Part shown: positions 1-9,743 of the stretch, piece after piece
Layout: every line of letters begins with the position of its first letter
Position numbering within the stretch: position 1 is the stretch's first letter
NCBI GenBank assembly: GCA_028686075.1
Contig: JAQUCT010000003.1
Span: forward strand, 12,796 to 76,795
Origin: Bacillota bacterium
Lineage (GTDB): Bacteria > Bacillota > Clostridia > Ch29
Length of the DNA stretch: 64,000 bases
Direction: 5' to 3'
Program-made: the position numbers and the translations under genes
Notes under the pieces: model-generated
Databases searched by the model: none
Seen by the model: the letters and a program-made list of their open reading frames with translations, nothing else
What the model was told of the DNA's origin: nothing

Positions 1-2
1 TA

Positions 3-527
3 AGTCCGGGGGACACCCTGTGGAAAATATCCCAGTGGTACGGGACAACGGTAAATGAACTTAAAAGGGCAAACAACCACTGGAGCGACGCCATATACCC
101 GAACCAAAAACTGGTCATTACATGGCCTGCGTCAGTTGCATCAAGGGGTGCTAATACCTACGCCTCCGGCTCATCTTCAAGCGATGTTGAACTTATGGCG
201 AAAATGGTTTATGCCGAATCCAGGGGCGAGCCCTTTGAAGGGCAGGTGGCGGTGGCATCGGTTATTTTGAACAGGGTAAGGGACAGCAGGTTTCCCGGCA
301 CCGTGGCGGGAGTAGTATACCAGCCGGGTGCCTTCACGCCGGTACAGAACGGGCAGCTGTATCAGACGCCAAACGCTAATGCCTACAGGGCGGTGGATAA
401 CGCGCTTAAGGGCTGGGACGCTTCCGGCGGTGCGATTTACTTTTTCAATCCCTATACAGCTACCTCAAGTTGGATGTGGAGCAGGCAGATAATAAAGAAA
501 ATAGGCAAGCACTACTTTGCAAAATAG
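3..527 (+). CDS. Cell-wall hydrolase with LysM and SleB-type (Hydrolase_2) domains; the 5' end lies outside the window
   Basis: Frame 3 is open from the window edge ([24 protein letters not shown] = LysM). It is continuous with track ORF 195..527 ([21 protein letters not shown] = SleB-type catalytic domain). Confidence 0.8.
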   Translation, partial: SPGDTLWKISQWYGTTVNELKRANNHWSDAIYPNQKLVITWPASVASRGANTYASGSSSSDVELMAKMVYAESRGEPFEGQVAVASVILNRVRDSRFPGTVAGVVYQPGAFTPVQNGQLYQTPNANAYRAVDNALKGWDASGGAIYFFNPYTATSSWMWSRQIIKKIGKHYFAK

Positions 528-554
528 AGATGGGTACACCCCATCTCTTTTATT
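526..554 (+). terminator. Rho-independent terminator
   Basis: Perfect 9-bp stem AGAGATGGG/CCCATCTCT with a 5-nt loop, followed by TTTATT, directly after the stop codon. Confidence 0.8.
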
Positions 555-698
555 GCGGTCATGGGATACATCAACCAAAGCCACCGTCCCTGTGGCTGGG
601 AGGCTAAAAATTCCTGTATCTGTTGCTTGTATTGAAAATTGCAAAATGATAAACTAGGGAAAGTAGAGGGAATACTACAGTCGGAAAGAGAAGATGCC

Positions 699-1070
699 AT
701 GACCAGGTATGATAAAGTGTTGATTTTGGTGTTGGTTGTAGCGGCGGTTTTTGGACTTTATTACATCACCATCGTAATGACTTCCGATGGGGGCAACTAT
801 GCGGTAATAATGGTAAACGGGGAGGAGCACAGCAGGATAGAACTGAAGGACGCAGAGCCCACTGAGTTTACTGTAACCACCCCCTGGGGTTATAATACGG
901 TGGAAGTAGGCAACAATAGAATAAGAATAAAAGCGGCTTCCTGCCCTGACCAGATATGCGTCAAGGAAGGTTGGATCGAGAGGGTTAACGAGATGACTGT
1001 GTGTATGCCAAACCGGGTATACATAAAAGTAGTTGGACAGGAAACGGAAATAGACGACATTGCTTATTGA
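699..1070 (+). CDS. NusG domain II-containing (DUF1312-like) small membrane-anchored protein
   Basis: One N-terminal TM helix, then the CPDQICV...MTVCMPNRV motif typical of NusG_II. I prefer the internal ATG at 699 over the track start at 639. Confidence 0.6.
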   Translation: MTRYDKVLILVLVVAAVFGLYYITIVMTSDGGNYAVIMVNGEEHSRIELKDAEPTEFTVTTPWGYNTVEVGNNRIRIKAASCPDQICVKEGWIERVNEMTVCMPNRVYIKVVGQETEIDDIAY

Positions 1071-1099
1071 GAGGACAAAAACTACGAGGAGGAGTAGCA

Positions 1100-1351
1100 G
1101 TGAGAATAAGAACGAGGAATCCGTGGGTGCTGTTGTTGCTGCTTTTAACTGGTGCAGTAATAGGTGGTTTCCTGGGGCAGTACTTAAACCAGTTTTTCCC
1201 GTTTTTACAGCATAATTATCCGGTAGGAATAAGAGAACCACTTTTCCTTGATTTGGGATTTTTGTCCCTTATCTTTGGTTTTGTGGTAAACATAAACGTC
1301 GCTGGGGTGCTTGGACTAATCATTGCGATACTTATCTTTCTGAAAATATAG
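1100..1351 (+). CDS. DUF4321-like small membrane protein
   Basis: GTG start 8 nt after GAGGAGGAG. Two hydrophobic helices and LDLGFLSLIFGF..NVAGVLGLIIA resemble DUF4321. Its position upstream of maf/mreB is typical in Clostridia. Confidence 0.55.
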   Translation: MRIRTRNPWVLLLLLLTGAVIGGFLGQYLNQFFPFLQHNYPVGIREPLFLDLGFLSLIFGFVVNINVAGVLGLIIAILIFLKI

Positions 1352-1368
1352 TGGTGGCAGGTGATTGA

Positions 1369-1971
1369 ATGAAAAGGCTGGTGCTTGCGTCCGGTTCGCC
1401 GCGGAGGCAGGAGGTCTTGGAGCAGTTGGGCCTTAGTTTTGAGGTAATAAAGAGCGATGTCGACGAGGCTTTCCCCAAAGGGTATACTCCGGAACAGACC
1501 GCTGTCGCAGTTGCTCTGCGTAAAGTGAGGTACGTGGCCAAAAAGCTAAAATCCCCAGCCCTTGTTGTGGGGGCGGATACCATAGTGGTTTTAAAGGGAG
1601 AGATTATAGGTAAACCGGTGGACACCGGACAAGCCTTTCAAATGATAAAAAAACTGGCGGGGGAGGAACATACCGTAATAACAGGCGTAGCGGTGGCGGA
1701 CAGTGAAAGCGGGGAAGAACGGACCGGGTACCAGACAACCCTGGTGAAGATGAAAGATATCTGCCCCGAAAGGATTAAAAGGTACGTATCCACCGGGGAA
1801 CCGCTGGACAAAGCCGGAGCCTACGCCGTGCAGGGGAAGGCGGCGGTATTTATAGAAGGAATAAAGGGCTGCTATTTTAATGTGGTAGGTCTGCCGATAA
1901 CAACACTGGATAGTATGTTCCAATCTTTAGGAATGGATTTGTTTCAATTTAGCAAATCAGACAAAAGCTAG
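1369..1971 (+). CDS. maf: Maf-like nucleoside-triphosphate pyrophosphatase (septum formation protein)
   Basis: LASGSPRR..ADT..DKAGAYA.QG motifs; 200 aa; upstream of mreB. Confidence 0.9.
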   Translation: MKRLVLASGSPRRQEVLEQLGLSFEVIKSDVDEAFPKGYTPEQTAVAVALRKVRYVAKKLKSPALVVGADTIVVLKGEIIGKPVDTGQAFQMIKKLAGEEHTVITGVAVADSESGEERTGYQTTLVKMKDICPERIKRYVSTGEPLDKAGAYAVQGKAAVFIEGIKGCYFNVVGLPITTLDSMFQSLGMDLFQFSKSDKS

Positions 1972-1987
1972 GGAAGGAGTATAGTAC

Positions 1988-3019
1988 ATGGGAATATTCA
2001 GCATTTTCTCCAGGGACATGGGGATAGACTTGGGAACAGCCAATACACTTGTCTATGTAAAGGGAAAGGGAGTTGTAGTGAGGGAGCCCTCGGTGGTGGC
2101 GATAGAGAGCGAAACCAAAGAGGTGCTGGCAGTGGGCAGCGAAGCCAAAAACATGATTGGTAGAACGCCCGGTAACATAATAGCAATAAGGCCTATGAAG
2201 GACGGTGTAATAGCCGACTTTGATATAACCCAGTGCATGTTGAAAAATTTCATAAAAAAGGCGTATCCAAAACCGTCAATATTCAAACCCCGGGTTATAG
2301 TATGCGTGCCGTCGGGGGTTACCGAGGTTGAAAAGAGAGCCGTTGAGGAGGCTGCTGAGCAGGCGGGTGCCAAGGAGGCCTATCTTATAGAAGAGCCAAT
2401 GGCCGCCGCAATAGGTTCCGAGCTGCCGGTGGCAGAGCCCAGAGGCAGCATGATAGTGGATATTGGGGGAGGAACTACCGAGGTTGCAATTATATCCTTA
2501 GGAGGTATAGTAACAAGCAGGTCCATACGTATAGGCGGGGACGAACTGGACGAATCCATTGTACAGTATGTAAAAAGACAGTACAACCTTTTGATTGGGG
2601 AAAGGACCGCGGAGGCAGTCAAGCTTACTGTGGGTTCTGCATTCCCAGCCAGTGACGGGGCCCAGATGGACGTAAAGGGACGGGACCTGGTTACCGGCCT
2701 GCCCAAAACTATTAAGGTTACCTCCGAGGAGATAAGGGGAGCCATAGCCGAACCGGTGAACAATATTCTGGAAGCCATTAAATTTACCCTTGAAAAGACT
2801 CCGCCCGAGCTAGCGGCGGATATAATGGAAATGGGACTTGTACTAACTGGCGGAGGGGCACTTCTCAAGGACCTCGACAAAAGGGTTAAGGATGAAACCG
2901 GAATGCCCGTAAATATTGCGGAAAACCCTCTTGACTGCGTTGCTATGGGTACCGGAAAAGCACTTGAGGAATTACATTTACTAAGAAGGGTATTGGTTTC
3001 TACAAAGAAAAGCAAGTAA
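1988..3019 (+). CDS. mreB: Rod-shape-determining actin homolog MreB
   Basis: DLGTANT...IGGGTTE...LTGGGALL actin-fold motifs; 343 aa. Confidence 0.95.
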   Translation: MGIFSIFSRDMGIDLGTANTLVYVKGKGVVVREPSVVAIESETKEVLAVGSEAKNMIGRTPGNIIAIRPMKDGVIADFDITQCMLKNFIKKAYPKPSIFKPRVIVCVPSGVTEVEKRAVEEAAEQAGAKEAYLIEEPMAAAIGSELPVAEPRGSMIVDIGGGTTEVAIISLGGIVTSRSIRIGGDELDESIVQYVKRQYNLLIGERTAEAVKLTVGSAFPASDGAQMDVKGRDLVTGLPKTIKVTSEEIRGAIAEPVNNILEAIKFTLEKTPPELAADIMEMGLVLTGGGALLKDLDKRVKDETGMPVNIAENPLDCVAMGTGKALEELHLLRRVLVSTKKSK

Positions 3020-3035
3020 AAAGAGGGGGGGAGCA

Positions 3036-3881
3036 ATGTCCAAACTCTATAAAAATAGGTCAATAATAATGGTAGCGGTGGCGGCTATCATTATTATTGT
3101 TATTATTGCCGTTACCTCAATGGACAGGCTGCAGGTATCAGGACCCGAAAATCTAATCGGTGTTCTTATTAAGCCCGTTGCGGGGTCGGTCACATCGGTA
3201 GTAAACGCCATACGCAACTCGATAACCGGCCTGGCGGAGATAGGAAGCCTTAAGGAAACTAACAAAATGCTTAATCAGCAGATAATAACGCTTCGGGCCC
3301 AGATAAGGGAAGTGGAAGCCTTGATTCAGGAGAATGAAAGGCTGAGGGAAATGCTTTATTTCAAAGACACCCATTCCGAATTTGATCTGATCGGATGCAG
3401 CGTAATAGGCAAGAGCCCGGAGAACACCTCCAGCGTCTTTATAATAAATAAGGGCTTAGAAAACGGTATTATTAGGAATATGCCGGTGGTCACCAGTAAG
3501 GGTCTGGTGGGACAGGTGATAGAGGTGGGAAGCGGTTTGGCCAAGGTGATGCCTTTAAACGACCAGAGAAGCTCCGTAAGCATACTGGTAAACAGGACCA
3601 GGGATACCGGTATTCTTAAGGGGGACATAAGTTTTGACATTACCGGTTCTATATCCCCGGAAGCGGCCATAGTAGAAGGCGATGATATTGTTACATCGGG
3701 GATGGGCGGTATTTACCCCAAGGGTCTTTATGTGGGTAAGATAACCGGGATTAGCATCGGAGACAGGCAGCTTCTAAAAAGCATAAAGGTTGAACCGGCG
3801 GTGGATTTTGATAAACTGGAGGAAGTCTTTGTACTCAAACACGTGGAAGAGCTTCCCTCAAGAGGAGAGACGATGGATTGA
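3036..3881 (+). CDS. mreC: Rod-shape-determining protein MreC
   Basis: N-terminal TM helix, coiled coil (LRAQIREVEALIQENERLREML), then a beta-rich domain (VVTSKGLVGQV, VTSGMGGIYPKGL). Confidence 0.9.
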   Translation: MSKLYKNRSIIMVAVAAIIIIVIIAVTSMDRLQVSGPENLIGVLIKPVAGSVTSVVNAIRNSITGLAEIGSLKETNKMLNQQIITLRAQIREVEALIQENERLREMLYFKDTHSEFDLIGCSVIGKSPENTSSVFIINKGLENGIIRNMPVVTSKGLVGQVIEVGSGLAKVMPLNDQRSSVSILVNRTRDTGILKGDISFDITGSISPEAAIVEGDDIVTSGMGGIYPKGLYVGKITGISIGDRQLLKSIKVEPAVDFDKLEEVFVLKHVEELPSRGETMD

Positions 3882-4396
3882 ACGGGTGGATTGTGGCACT
3901 GGTCCTTATACTGAATTTTATATTACAGTTTACGGTATTTCAGTATATTGCCGTAATGGGTGTGAAGCCGGATACCGCCCTGGCCATCGTTGTAGCCCTT
4001 GGCACTTTTATGGGAAAGGAGCGGGGAGCACTTATAGGTGCTACCGCCGGAATGTTGCAGGATACCATATTCGGTGCTCCGGTGGGTATTACAACCCTTT
4101 CCTATATGCTTACCGGATATATTGTTGGTGAAAACAGTGATAAGGTGTTCAAGGAGCATCTGGTGGTGCCTCTAATATTTACCGCCGGCGCAACGCTAAT
4201 AAAGTACGTAATAGTAATCTTCTTCAATTACGCGCTGGGGATACAAACCCCGATATTAACATACATACGGCATTTTTTACCCATTGAAATGTTATACAAC
4301 TGCGTTGTTTCAATGGTTCTTTACAGGTTCCTGTTTGCGCTTTTTAGCAGAAAAAGCCATAAAGACAGGCTTAAAATGAAGAGAAAAAGGAAGTAA
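3878..4396 (+). CDS. mreD: Rod-shape-determining protein MreD
   Basis: TTG start overlaps the mreC stop (ATTGA). Polytopic membrane protein, 172 aa, in conserved position. Confidence 0.8.
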   Translation: MNGWIVALVLILNFILQFTVFQYIAVMGVKPDTALAIVVALGTFMGKERGALIGATAGMLQDTIFGAPVGITTLSYMLTGYIVGENSDKVFKEHLVVPLIFTAGATLIKYVIVIFFNYALGIQTPILTYIRHFLPIEMLYNCVVSMVLYRFLFALFSRKSHKDRLKMKRKRK

Positions 4397-4412
4397 AAAG
4401 GGTGGTGCGGAT

Positions 4413-6659
4413 ATGGTCTGGGAAAGGCTTAAGGACAGAAACAACGTAATAGCGCTTCTTCTGGCACTTATTGCTGTGGTTCTTGTTTTTAGGCTGGTAC
4501 AGCTCCAGATCGTAAATGGAGAATACTACAGCGACCTCTCGGAAAATAAGCGTATAAGGAGAATAGCAGTAGAGGCCCCAAGGGGACTGTTTCTTGACCG
4601 GTACGGCCGTGAAATAGCTGGCAACCGCCCGGGCTATGTGGTGGAAGTAGTTAAGACCGAAATTGTGCAGGAAACAATAAGCTACGTTGCACAGGAACTT
4701 GTAGGAATACTGGACAGCAACGGAGAACATATAAGGTTGGACTTTGCCATAGGTGATGACCCACTCCGGTTTAAACTGGACAGCGGGAAGGAAGCCGAAT
4801 GGAAGGATAAATACGAAATACCCCGGGAATACGATGCGGCTCAGGCCCTTGCTTTTCTGAGGGAAAAGCACGGTATAGCACCGGAGATGACCGACGAGTT
4901 GGCTCTGAAGGCCCTTGCCATACTGCATAAGATTGGTGAGCAAAGCTACTTGGCCTACCAGCCGCTGGAGATTGCCAGGGATGTGTCCGCGCTGACGGTT
5001 GCTCAGATAGAGGAAAGGCATCTGGACCTTCCCGGAATCAACGTGGAAGTTAAACCGATAAGGTATTACAAGGAGGGAAACCTCGCCTCCCATGTTTTAG
5101 GATACCTTGGGAGCATAAACCATGAGGAACTGGAGAGCCTTGAGGATAAGGGTTATACCCAAAACGACATAATAGGCAAATCGGGTCTTGAGAGGGTCTT
5201 GGAAGAGGAACTAAAAGGCATAAGCGGTGCCAGGCAGGTTGAGGTAAACTCGGTGGGAAGGCTGATAAGCACGCTGGGAGAAAGGCCGTCAATACCCGGC
5301 AGCAATGTATTTCTAACGCTAGATTCCCGGCTGCAGCAGACCGCGGAACGGGCTCTAGAGGAGACTATGGAAAAGATTCAGGCCGGGGAGATGGGTAAAA
5401 AATACCCCAATGCAAAGTCGGGGGCAGCGGTGGCTATAGACGTGAACACCGGCGAAGTGCTGGCCATGGCCAGTTACCCTTCCTACGACCCTAACCTGTT
5501 TACCACCGGGATTTCCAGCGAGGACTGGGGGGCTTTGAATCCGCAGTCCAACGACCCTTTGGAACCAAGACCGCTTTATAACAACGCAATCCAGGCCGCG
5601 GTACCACCGGGGTCCACCTTTAAAATGGTGGTGGCGGTAGCGGCCCTCCAGGAAAAGATAATAACTCCTAAAACCGTTATTGTAGACAAGGGGGTATACA
5701 GGGTTATACCGGGGGCAAGCCCCGCCTGTTGGATATGGAATCAGAACAGGACCACCCACGGCCCCGAAAACGTGGTAGAAGCTATAAAGGATTCGTGCAA
5801 CTATTTCTTCTATGAAGTCGGCCGTCTTGCGGGAATCGAACGGATTGAGGAATATGCACGTATGTTAGGTCTGGGGCAACGAACCGGTATAGAACTGCCT
5901 GGAGAATCGGCGGGCATTGTGGCAGGGCCCACTTACAAGACCGGGATATGGAAAAATGTGATCAAAAGATATATGTCCGATACAATGAACGTGCAGGAAC
6001 AGGAAATGATTGACGATGTGTTTAGCCTTTTGGGTGTCCAGTTTAGCACCTGGACACAGATGCGCAGGGCCCTGGAGGAAATCGGCATAAACGAGACCGA
6101 GCATATAAACAAGCTGATAAGCTATATAAACGCCAGCAGATGGACTGCCGGCCAGACCCTAAGTGCTGCAATAGGCCAGGGGGAGCATATGTACACTCCG
6201 CTGCAGATGGCGAACTATATTGCTACCATTGCAAACGGAGGCACCCGGTACAAACCCCACCTTATAAAGAAGATATATGACCAGCAAAAGGGAGAATACC
6301 GCTACAATAAGCCGGAGGTGCTGGACAGGATAGAAATATCGCCGGAAAACTTAAAGGCAGTGTTCGACGGTATGCTGGCGGTAACAAAACCCGGGGGCAC
6401 CGCCGCTTCCTCATTCAGGGATACCACCGTTAACATCGCCGGAAAGACCGGCACAGCACAGAATCCCGGCTATGACGGGTATGCATGGTTTGTCGGTTTT
6501 GCACCCTATGAAGACCCTCAGATAGCGGTGGCGGTAGTAATCTTCCAGGGTGGTTCCGGTGGCTATTCTACTCCCGTAGTAAAGGCTATTATTGAGGAGT
6601 ATTTGAAGGTAGGAAGTAGCGGTACCGTAATGGAACCTGGCAATGTCCTTGCAAGATAG
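4413..6659 (+). CDS. mrdA: Penicillin-binding protein 2 (class B transpeptidase)
   Basis: N-terminal TM helix, PBP dimerisation domain, and STFK, SCN and KTGTA transpeptidase motifs. 748 aa with insertions. Confidence 0.9.
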   Translation: MVWERLKDRNNVIALLLALIAVVLVFRLVQLQIVNGEYYSDLSENKRIRRIAVEAPRGLFLDRYGREIAGNRPGYVVEVVKTEIVQETISYVAQELVGILDSNGEHIRLDFAIGDDPLRFKLDSGKEAEWKDKYEIPREYDAAQALAFLREKHGIAPEMTDELALKALAILHKIGEQSYLAYQPLEIARDVSALTVAQIEERHLDLPGINVEVKPIRYYKEGNLASHVLGYLGSINHEELESLEDKGYTQNDIIGKSGLERVLEEELKGISGARQVEVNSVGRLISTLGERPSIPGSNVFLTLDSRLQQTAERALEETMEKIQAGEMGKKYPNAKSGAAVAIDVNTGEVLAMASYPSYDPNLFTTGISSEDWGALNPQSNDPLEPRPLYNNAIQAAVPPGSTFKMVVAVAALQEKIITPKTVIVDKGVYRVIPGASPACWIWNQNRTTHGPENVVEAIKDSCNYFFYEVGRLAGIERIEEYARMLGLGQRTGIELPGESAGIVAGPTYKTGIWKNVIKRYMSDTMNVQEQEMIDDVFSLLGVQFSTWTQMRRALEEIGINETEHINKLISYINASRWTAGQTLSAAIGQGEHMYTPLQMANYIATIANGGTRYKPHLIKKIYDQQKGEYRYNKPEVLDRIEISPENLKAVFDGMLAVTKPGGTAASSFRDTTVNIAGKTGTAQNPGYDGYAWFVGFAPYEDPQIAVAVVIFQGGSGGYSTPVVKAIIEEYLKVGSSGTVMEPGNVLAR

Positions 6660-6722
6660 ATAAAAAGATAGCAGGAATTGCGGGCCCGGTGAAGAATTAT
6701 TAACGGAGGTAAAACAACAGGT

Positions 6723-7337
6723 ATGCAGGAGACCAGCTTGGAGTTCAAAGGTTTAAAGAAGGGGCTTTATGCGGTTTACAAAGGTGCCGGTAGCTTTGAG
6801 GATTTTCTTGAAGCACTGGAAATAAAACTGAACGGTTCCGGGGACTTTTTTACCGGTGCCTATGTGGCAGGCGTATACGGAATTGGACTGGACGACATAG
6901 AGGAGGATATTCTCGCCAAAGTACTGGAAGATAAGTACGGTATCAAAACCAAACGGCCCCTGTCAAGAAAAAGCCGTTCGTTGGGAAAGGACAGCGGCGG
7001 GGAGATGGCCACACGGTTTGTTTATTCAACGCTACGTTCGGGCCAGAAGGTTTCCTATGAAGGAAACGTGGTGGTCCTGGGCGATGTTAACGCCGGAGCG
7101 GAGGTGGAAGCGGGGGGCAACATAGTTGTTATGGGAACTCTTCGCGGCAACGCAAGGGCAGGGATGCCGGACAATCACGGGGCTTCGGTAACCGCCATAC
7201 TGCTTAAGCCTACGCAGTTGCGGATTGGAGGTATTGCCGTCCGGTGGCCCGATGAGGAACGGCATATAGACGAGCCCGAGATGGCATACGTCGAGCAGGG
7301 CAAGATGTATGTACGGTCGGTTTACGACGTTAAATAA
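6723..7337 (+). CDS. minC: Septum site-determining protein MinC
   Basis: C-terminal beta-helix repeat GNVVVLGDVNAGAEVEAGGNIVVMGTLRGNA; upstream of minD. Confidence 0.85.
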   Translation: MQETSLEFKGLKKGLYAVYKGAGSFEDFLEALEIKLNGSGDFFTGAYVAGVYGIGLDDIEEDILAKVLEDKYGIKTKRPLSRKSRSLGKDSGGEMATRFVYSTLRSGQKVSYEGNVVVLGDVNAGAEVEAGGNIVVMGTLRGNARAGMPDNHGASVTAILLKPTQLRIGGIAVRWPDEERHIDEPEMAYVEQGKMYVRSVYDVK

Positions 7338-7376
7338 TCTGGACAGGAGACAACACAAATGAGGGAGGATAAACCT

Positions 7377-8174
7377 ATGGGTGAGGTAATAGTCATAACT
7401 TCCGGGAAGGGTGGTGTAGGTAAGACCACCGCCACCGCCAATATTGGAACAGCCCTTGCGGTTAACGGTAAAAAGGTTGTTCTGGTGGATGCCGATATAG
7501 GCTTAAGAAATCTCGATGTGGTTATGGGCCTTGAAAACAGAATCGTATATGACGTTGTGGATGTAATGGAAGGGATATGCAGACTCCGCCAGGCACTTAT
7601 AAAGGATAAAAGGTATCCGGACCTTTTTTTGCTTCCCGCAGCCCAGACAAAGGACAAGAACGCGATTTCCCCGGCCCAGATGCAGGAACTTTGCGAAAGG
7701 CTTAGGCAGGAATTCGATTTTGTCCTTATAGACTGCCCAGCAGGAATTGAACAGGGGTTTAAAAACGCAGTCGCCGGGGCGGATGGTGCCATAGTGGTTA
7801 CCACCCCCGAGATATCGGCGGTAAGGGATGCTGACAGAATAATAGGCCTTTTGGAGGCGTCGGAACTGCGTAATCCGAAACTCTTGGTCAATAGGGTAAG
7901 GATTGATATGGTGAAAAAGGGCGATATGATGAATACCGAGGATATGATAGATATACTGGCCATAGAACTACTGGGGGTGGTGCCGGACGACGAGAGCATA
8001 GTTGTTTCCACCAACAGGGGTGAGCCGGCGGTAGGCGATAATAAGTCTATGGCAGGGAAAGCCTTCAACAACATAGCCTTAAGGATTCTGGGTAACGAAG
8101 TGCCGTTCCTTGATTTGGAAGTGGATGAAGGTTTTATAATAAAGCTTATTAAACTTATAAGTAATAAAAAATAA
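7377..8174 (+). CDS. minD: Septum site-determining ATPase MinD
   Basis: Deviant Walker A SGKGGVGKTT and a C-terminal amphipathic helix. The ATG at 7377 follows GAGGGAGG, whereas the track start at 7359 lacks an RBS. Confidence 0.95.
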   Translation: MGEVIVITSGKGGVGKTTATANIGTALAVNGKKVVLVDADIGLRNLDVVMGLENRIVYDVVDVMEGICRLRQALIKDKRYPDLFLLPAAQTKDKNAISPAQMQELCERLRQEFDFVLIDCPAGIEQGFKNAVAGADGAIVVTTPEISAVRDADRIIGLLEASELRNPKLLVNRVRIDMVKKGDMMNTEDMIDILAIELLGVVPDDESIVVSTNRGEPAVGDNKSMAGKAFNNIALRILGNEVPFLDLEVDEGFIIKLIKLISNKK

Positions 8175-8193
8175 CAGGGGGGGAGGAATTAGG

Positions 8194-8475
8194 ATGGACC
8201 TATTCAGGTCTAACATGAGGAAGAGTGCCAGTAGTAAAAACATTGCAAAGGAAAGATTGAAGCTGGTTCTGGTCCATGACAGGGTTAATGTCTCTCCTAC
8301 CTTTTTGGAAATGATTAAGGGAGATATAATTCGGGTAATATCCGATTATATGGAAATAGACGAGGACAGCCTGGAGGTAAAAATAACCAAGACCAAAAGT
8401 GACGAGGGCGATACAATGGTCCCCGCTTTGGTGGCAAACATTCCAATAAAGCGCATGAAGGGTGCTGCCAGATAA
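8194..8475 (+). CDS. minE: Cell-division topological specificity factor MinE
   Basis: 93 aa with the KERL.LVL.HDR motif; strong RBS GGGGGGGAGG. Confidence 0.9.
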   Translation: MDLFRSNMRKSASSKNIAKERLKLVLVHDRVNVSPTFLEMIKGDIIRVISDYMEIDEDSLEVKITKTKSDEGDTMVPALVANIPIKRMKGAAR

Positions 8476-8504
8476 CCGGCTACTGTTTTAGCCGGTTATC
8501 TTTT
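8471..8504 (+). terminator. Rho-independent terminator after minE
   Basis: GATAACCGGC / GCCGGTTATC 10-bp stem followed by TTTT. Confidence 0.75.
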
Positions 8505-8549
8505 ACAAATGTCTTAGCATAGGGGCTGTGGTATAATTGGTATGGGTTT

Positions 8550-9680
8550 TTGATTGTCGGGGGTGAAGGTTTGATTGAAAAAAAGCTGATCAAAAATATA
8601 GATTACACGCTCATTTTTGCCATACTGGTGCTGCTGTGCATAGGAATACTGGTGGTAAGCAGCGCAACCCATGCCCCGGACACAGGGGATTATGGTTTTG
8701 TAAAGCGTCAGGCTGCCTGGGCGGTAATAAGCCTCGTTATTGGGTTTGTTGTAATCATAATTGATTACAATACGCTGGGAAATTTGTACTATATAATCTA
8801 TATTGGCAGCGTTTTGTTTCTTCTGCTTGTAAAGGTACCCGGCATTGGAGTGGTACGGGGCGGAGCCAGAAGTTGGATTGACCTGGGCTTTGCCAGCATC
8901 CAGCCGTCGGAGTTTGCCAAGATAGGGATAATAATTTCCTTTGCAAAGTTCCTTGAAACCCGAGAAGAAAGGCTTGGCACGCTGAAGGATATTATCCTTC
9001 CGACAGCTTTTGTCGGTGTCCCTATAGCCCTTGTGTTTACCGAGCCGGACCTTGGCGGTGTTATGGTATTTCTGGCCATTTTTGTGGGCATGGTGTTTGC
9101 TGCGGGTATAAGCTATAAGCTGATACTGTGGGGCATAGCCGCCGGTATTGCCGCCATTCCTCCCGCCTGGATGTTTTTGCTGTCGGAGACCCAGAAAACA
9201 AGGCTTCTGGTTTTTATAAATCCTGGTATTGACCCCCTTGGAGGCGGGTATCATGTTATACAGTCAATGATAGCCGTTGGTTCTGGAAGGCTGCTGGGTA
9301 AAGGACTTTATCAAGGCACCCAGAACAAGCTGGACTTTTTGCCGGCACCGCATACCGATTTCATTTTTTCGGTACTAGGGGAGGAACTGGGCTTTGTAGG
9401 TGCGGTGGTGCTTATATTCTTCCAGTTTCTTTTGCTTTACAGAATACTGGACGCTGCGCGGCAGGCAAAGGACAGGTTTGGCTATCTCATGGTTATAGGG
9501 GTCCTTTCCATGTTTGCATTCCAGATAGTTGAAAATATAGGCATGACAATAGGCATAATGCCCATAACCGGCCTTACGCTACCCTTTGTAAGCTATGGAG
9601 GAAGCTCTCTGCTGGCCAACATGATCGCGGTAGGACTTGTTATAAATGTCGGTATGAGAAGGCAGAAAATCAATTTCTGA
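8550..9680 (+). CDS. rodA: SEDS-family peptidoglycan glycosyltransferase RodA
   Basis: FtsW/RodA/SpoVE family signature (QPSEFAK, PHTDFIFS, LPFVSYGGSS). The start is uncertain: TTG at 8550, or TTG at 8571 after GGGGGTG. An extended -10 TGGTATAAT lies at 8529..8537. Confidence 0.9.
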   Translation: MIVGGEGLIEKKLIKNIDYTLIFAILVLLCIGILVVSSATHAPDTGDYGFVKRQAAWAVISLVIGFVVIIIDYNTLGNLYYIIYIGSVLFLLLVKVPGIGVVRGGARSWIDLGFASIQPSEFAKIGIIISFAKFLETREERLGTLKDIILPTAFVGVPIALVFTEPDLGGVMVFLAIFVGMVFAAGISYKLILWGIAAGIAAIPPAWMFLLSETQKTRLLVFINPGIDPLGGGYHVIQSMIAVGSGRLLGKGLYQGTQNKLDFLPAPHTDFIFSVLGEELGFVGAVVLIFFQFLLLYRILDAARQAKDRFGYLMVIGVLSMFAFQIVENIGMTIGIMPITGLTLPFVSYGGSSLLANMIAVGLVINVGMRRQKINF

Positions 9681-9743
9681 TAGTTCTCATATTCTCCCAT
9701 AGGTATAAATATATTATACTAAAACCTTTTGGGAGGGGAACCC

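Noticed and set aside
675-1241. Long antisense ORFs opposite well-supported genes. Examples: 675..1241(-), 2380..3063(-) opposite mreB, 4371..5093(-) opposite PBP2, 7322..8074(-) opposite minD, 8514..9254(-) opposite rodA, 15788..16363(-) across rng/rplU, 30395..30832(-) opposite the symporter, and 41354..42079(+) opposite the subtilase.
   Set aside because: Each lies entirely within or across a gene with strong family motifs on the other strand. Their translations are low-complexity (Ser/Pro/Leu/Arg-rich), and they have no RBS and no recognisable domains. These are typical shadow ORFs.
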